From contig JBHGNT010000003.1 of the NCBI GenBank assembly GCA_043228905.1, forward strand, positions 9,548,001 through 9,612,000: a stretch of 64,000 nucleotides of DNA, in the 5' to 3' direction. Made by a program: the position numbers and the translations under genes. Positions within the stretch are counted from its first letter, which is position 1; each line of letters starts with the position of its first letter. Below, in pieces: positions 60,299-64,000 of this stretch. The notes under the pieces were generated by a model, which did not search any database, was not told the origin of the DNA, and saw only the letters and a list, made by a program, of their open reading frames with translations. This DNA is from Azolla caroliniana (lineage: Eukaryota; Plantae; Polypodiophyta).

Positions 60299-62549
60299 CT
60301 TGTGATCAAATCCTGAGAATCAAACAAAGAGTCTAAGATATACTAATATTTGCTCAGATCCTGATAATCATACAAATACTCTAAAACATATATAATATTT
60401 TCTCAAATGCTGACAATCATTTAAAGTCTTAAGAGATAATGATGTTTCTTGTAAGCATAAAGAGTCCACGAGATAATGATATTTTCTCAGATTCTGAGAA
60501 CCAAGCAAAGAGTCTATGAGGTAATCATCTTTGGTCAAATTCTGAGAATCACAGAGGTGCCTGTAAAGTGGTGCTCTGCAATTGGTCATTCCTAAGCCCT
60601 CATCATATCATCTTCCAGCCATCTTAGAGTTGCCCACACCAACTATTCCAAAATATCTTGTAGCATGTCCAATATTTCTGGAAGGCCCTTGAAATCTCAG
60701 TTGCATGCCAACATGTGTGTACATGGGATTGACCATGCCAGCTTGCCTTGGCCCAATACATTCTTTGGCATGTATGAATTCAAACCATAGTCTGAACACC
60801 AAACCACAGCCAATGTAACCAGGATATGAGGATTACATGGCATTGCTGTATAACAATCTATTCATTACATATTTGACTGTTAAACAAAATAAATTGACCA
60901 TGCATACCAGGTTAACTTGCACAATAGAAATCTTATATAAACGAAGAAATATATCCGGAAGAGTTTGAGCTCACTAACACTTCATTTCACATCCAAGAAG
61001 ATAGATTTCTCCTGAGCAAGGAAGACTTTAAAAACCTTTTGGCCCCCATAAATTCCAAAGATTGGCATCCCTTTCAGTATTTTTATTATTATTGATAATT
61101 AAGAGACAATATAGAAGATGATACAATAAGATAACTCAAACACTTAAACATATCCATTGGTTTAAATCTATCTCAGTAGCTAAAAACTCGCATGTAGAGC
61201 TTGACTTTCCACTGAGCGCATAAGAAAAGCGAGTAAATCAGCTATGACAGCTGCAGCTTCCAGGTCTCTAAAACAACTTTCCATTAGCTCTAAAGCTAAA
61301 ACTTTTGAGTTCAACATAAAGAATGGTTTGCTTGACTATGGAAAGTTTTGATCATGTTGCAACACAACACCTCTTTATAAAAACATCTTAGCTCACAAAC
61401 ACCAGACACATCACAACTCAATTACAGCTATTGTCTATTGGACACACTGCAGGTGCTGGGGGTGACAGAGGCCCAGAAGCTATGGTGCTATAATAACCAG
61501 CTACTTAGGGATATTTATTTGTTAAATTAGTTGCTAACATAGTTCATTGATTATGGAATCAATTGGGCCTCATGTATGCGGGCCTACTAGCCACCAACTA
61601 CTCTAAGTCACGAAGCATTTAAATACCCCTTCTCTAATTGTTTTGTAGTTCAGATTTCATCCACATAGCTTTCGCCATCTGGTTTCACTTTTACATGCTT
61701 ATTAGAGTTGGTTTCCCACATTTCACTCATGAACCACCAAAATAGAAATTGTTTAGATCCCCATGTGGTATCGATCACACACAAACTCTCCTACAAACTA
61801 GATATTATTGAAGCCTAGCATTGGGATTGGAGACCATATGAACCCCTCAATTAGACCATCTTCTAAATGCAGACATTCCTTAAGTCTAATTATACGCACA
61901 AATTTCAGCTTGGGAACCCAAATTTTGTGCACTTTTTCTAATTTTCTTAATTATGGCCCATTCTCTACAATATTGAGGAGAAAACCTCGGCAGCTTCTTC
62001 ATGTAAACACATTGTTTCCTACTTGGAAATGTGATCATTTGATGATGATTCACTCAAGAGCAATCATGATTTCCTCGAAAATTATGAAACAGTCATTATT
62101 CTTTTCTCCATTTTTCCCAGGTCCCAATCGTGAATTATTTGAAAATGATTATAATTCCCTCAAAAACAATCACAACTCCAAAAAATATCACAATTTTTAG
62201 GAACTCCTTGCAAAATACTCACCTTTTCAAGTATAGAAGAAGAGGAAAACCGAAAATATATAGAAAAATTAGAAGAAAAGACATAAAGGTACCTTAATAT
62301 GTCAATGTATGAACTAGGATTTCCAGGACGAAGAAGTTGTTTCCTCAATGTATGAATGAAGATTCCCTTTTGGAAGAGCAAGAAGAATCAGGGTTTCCTC
62401 GAAGAAGAAGGGATCTTGTTTTGTGGATGTACAGCTTAGGGTATTTCTTTCCGTAGAGCACAGAGAAGAAGAAGGAACAGGGTTTCCTTGAAGAAGAAGG
62501 TATTTCTAATATGTCGACGTAATACGAATATTAGGGTTTCCCTTTCAAG

Positions 62550-63165
62550 AGAAAGAAGAAGGAGAAGGAGAAGGAGAAGGGGAAGGGGAAGAAAGAAGGT
62601 TTTCTGAAGTATGAATTACGGATTCCTTGGAGAAAGAAAGAACTGAAAGAATCTGTGATGGTGTGGAGGTGGAGGTGGAAAAAGGAGAGAAGAGAGTGCG
62701 ATGGGCGATGGGCGATGGGCGATTGGCGATGGGCGATTGGCAATTGTCGATGGGCGATTGGCGATGGCGAGAGACGTGCAGAGAACGTCGAAGGGGGATG
62801 GAGGAGAGAAGGGGAGGGGGGTCATGAGGGTCTTGTGTGTGTGTGGCGATGGCGATGGCGATGGTGGGTCCACTCAAAAAGAAACAAACCAGAAAGAAGA
62901 AGAACAAGAAGAAGAGCTTCTGTGTGTGTGTGTGTGTGTGTGTGTCTCTCTCTCTCTCTATGTGTGTGTGTGTGTGTGTTTCTCTCTCTCTATGTGTGTG
63001 TGTGTCTCTCTCTCTCTCTCTATGTGTGTGTGTGTCTCTCTCTCTCTCTCTCTATGTGTGTGTGTGTGTGTTTCTCTCTCTCTCTATGTGTGTGTGTGTG
63101 TGTGTCTCTCTCTCTCTATGTGTGTGTGTGTGTGTCTCTCTCTCTCTATGTGTATGTGTGTGTCT
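62550..63165. repeat. Low-complexity tracts: (AGAAGG)n, (GATGGGC)n and higher-order (TG)n(TC)nTA microsatellite
   Basis: Directly visible; probably the 5' UTR/promoter region of ELMOD. Confidence 0.9.
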
Positions 63166-63689
63166 TTGGTCGAGACCCATCGCCACGACCCGCGACGCCA
63201 CCATGTGATCTCGAGAACCTTCCGCCCGCTGTCTCTACCTCCCATGTGCTGCTTGACTCGGCAAATACCAATACATAACACGACATATACATCCCCCATC
63301 GGTCGATCCGTCCATACAGATATATGTCACATGCGTGTCGATAGATCACGCATTACATTACCCTCTTCTGCCCTTCGCTTGCATGCGGCCTCCCTCAAGC
63401 CTTTTTGTATACTACTGTGCATCGCTTGATTCAGTAGTATTGCAGGCTTCAATTGGTGGTAGTCATGCATGCTTGAAGCTGATATCATACAATGTGGGGC
63501 TTGAATCGAGAACTCGGTGACAAAGTAACATCAAGAGCTAGGGATAACATGATGCATGCACACAACCTGATCTTATAGGATCACATTCTCGTAGTAATAT
63601 AACAATAGGCATGCAAACCATTTGAATACATCAAGGGCTTGACGTACTACGTAGAGTAATGAAGTTATATGAGGATCAAAGATAAGAAA

Positions 63690-64000
63690 ACATGTTGATG
63701 ACATATTATCCTCAGACGTCAAGTATGGCATGTTTGTTTAGAAGTGAGTCATTTTTACATAATGTGCATGGAATTGAGTATGTCTGATTCATAGTGTGCC
63801 GAAAACAAATTCATATGTGTTCTAAGGCAACACATTGTAACAAAGTGTGATGCTCTTGAACTTGTTTGAGCAAAATAGGCATAGTCAGCGAGTCTCCTAA
63901 CTTGTGCCCCAACATCTTGTCTCACCTTGAACAGAATGCGAGCTAAGTAAGTCGTATGGAAGCAATGGCATGAACGACGAACAAAACAATGGGCTCCAAC
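63690..64000 (-). mobile_element. RTEX-like LINE 3' fragment running off the window edge
   Basis: The reverse complement aligns by eye with 20520-20910 (TTGGAGCCCATT..., GTGAGACA..TGGGGCACAAGT..GACTATGC, ATCACACTTTG). Confidence 0.75.

Noticed and set aside
62531-63429. Long CV/SL-repeat ORFs (207-242 aa)
   Set aside because: These are stop-free frames caused by microsatellites; no domain signal.

Overview
Eukaryotic land-plant nuclear DNA; a fern or other non-seed plant is likely, but that is an inference from the TE types and intron style. There are three intact intron-containing genes, which I assembled by hand from GT-AG junctions with the reading frame preserved: a PIG-B/APTG1 GPI mannosyltransferase (minus, 9 exons, 563 aa), a C-type lectin receptor-like (pseudo)kinase of the At1g52310 type (plus, 4 exons, 543 aa), and an ELMO/CED-12 domain protein (minus, 10 coding exons, 320 aa). 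Between PIG-B and the kinase lies a ~34 kb nested transposon block. It holds two full-length Copia elements with LTRs, PBS, PPT and TSDs, a degenerate Gypsy, and a chromovirus whose chromodomain is split by an L1 and a Copia. It also holds RTEX-like LINE remnants and a 2.4 kb array of ~50-bp palindromes. The most striking object is a young Gypsy element (26145-33887) with a tRNA-Trp PBS, 4-bp TSD and DHG protease. It carries a readable -1 ribosomal frameshift cassette (G_GAU_UUU plus a predicted H-type pseudoknot) between gag-PR and RT, an antisense solo LTR inserted in pol, and a tRNA-like pol III A/B-box module inside its LTR. No prokaryotic-type system, CRISPR array, rRNA or intact tRNA gene was found.
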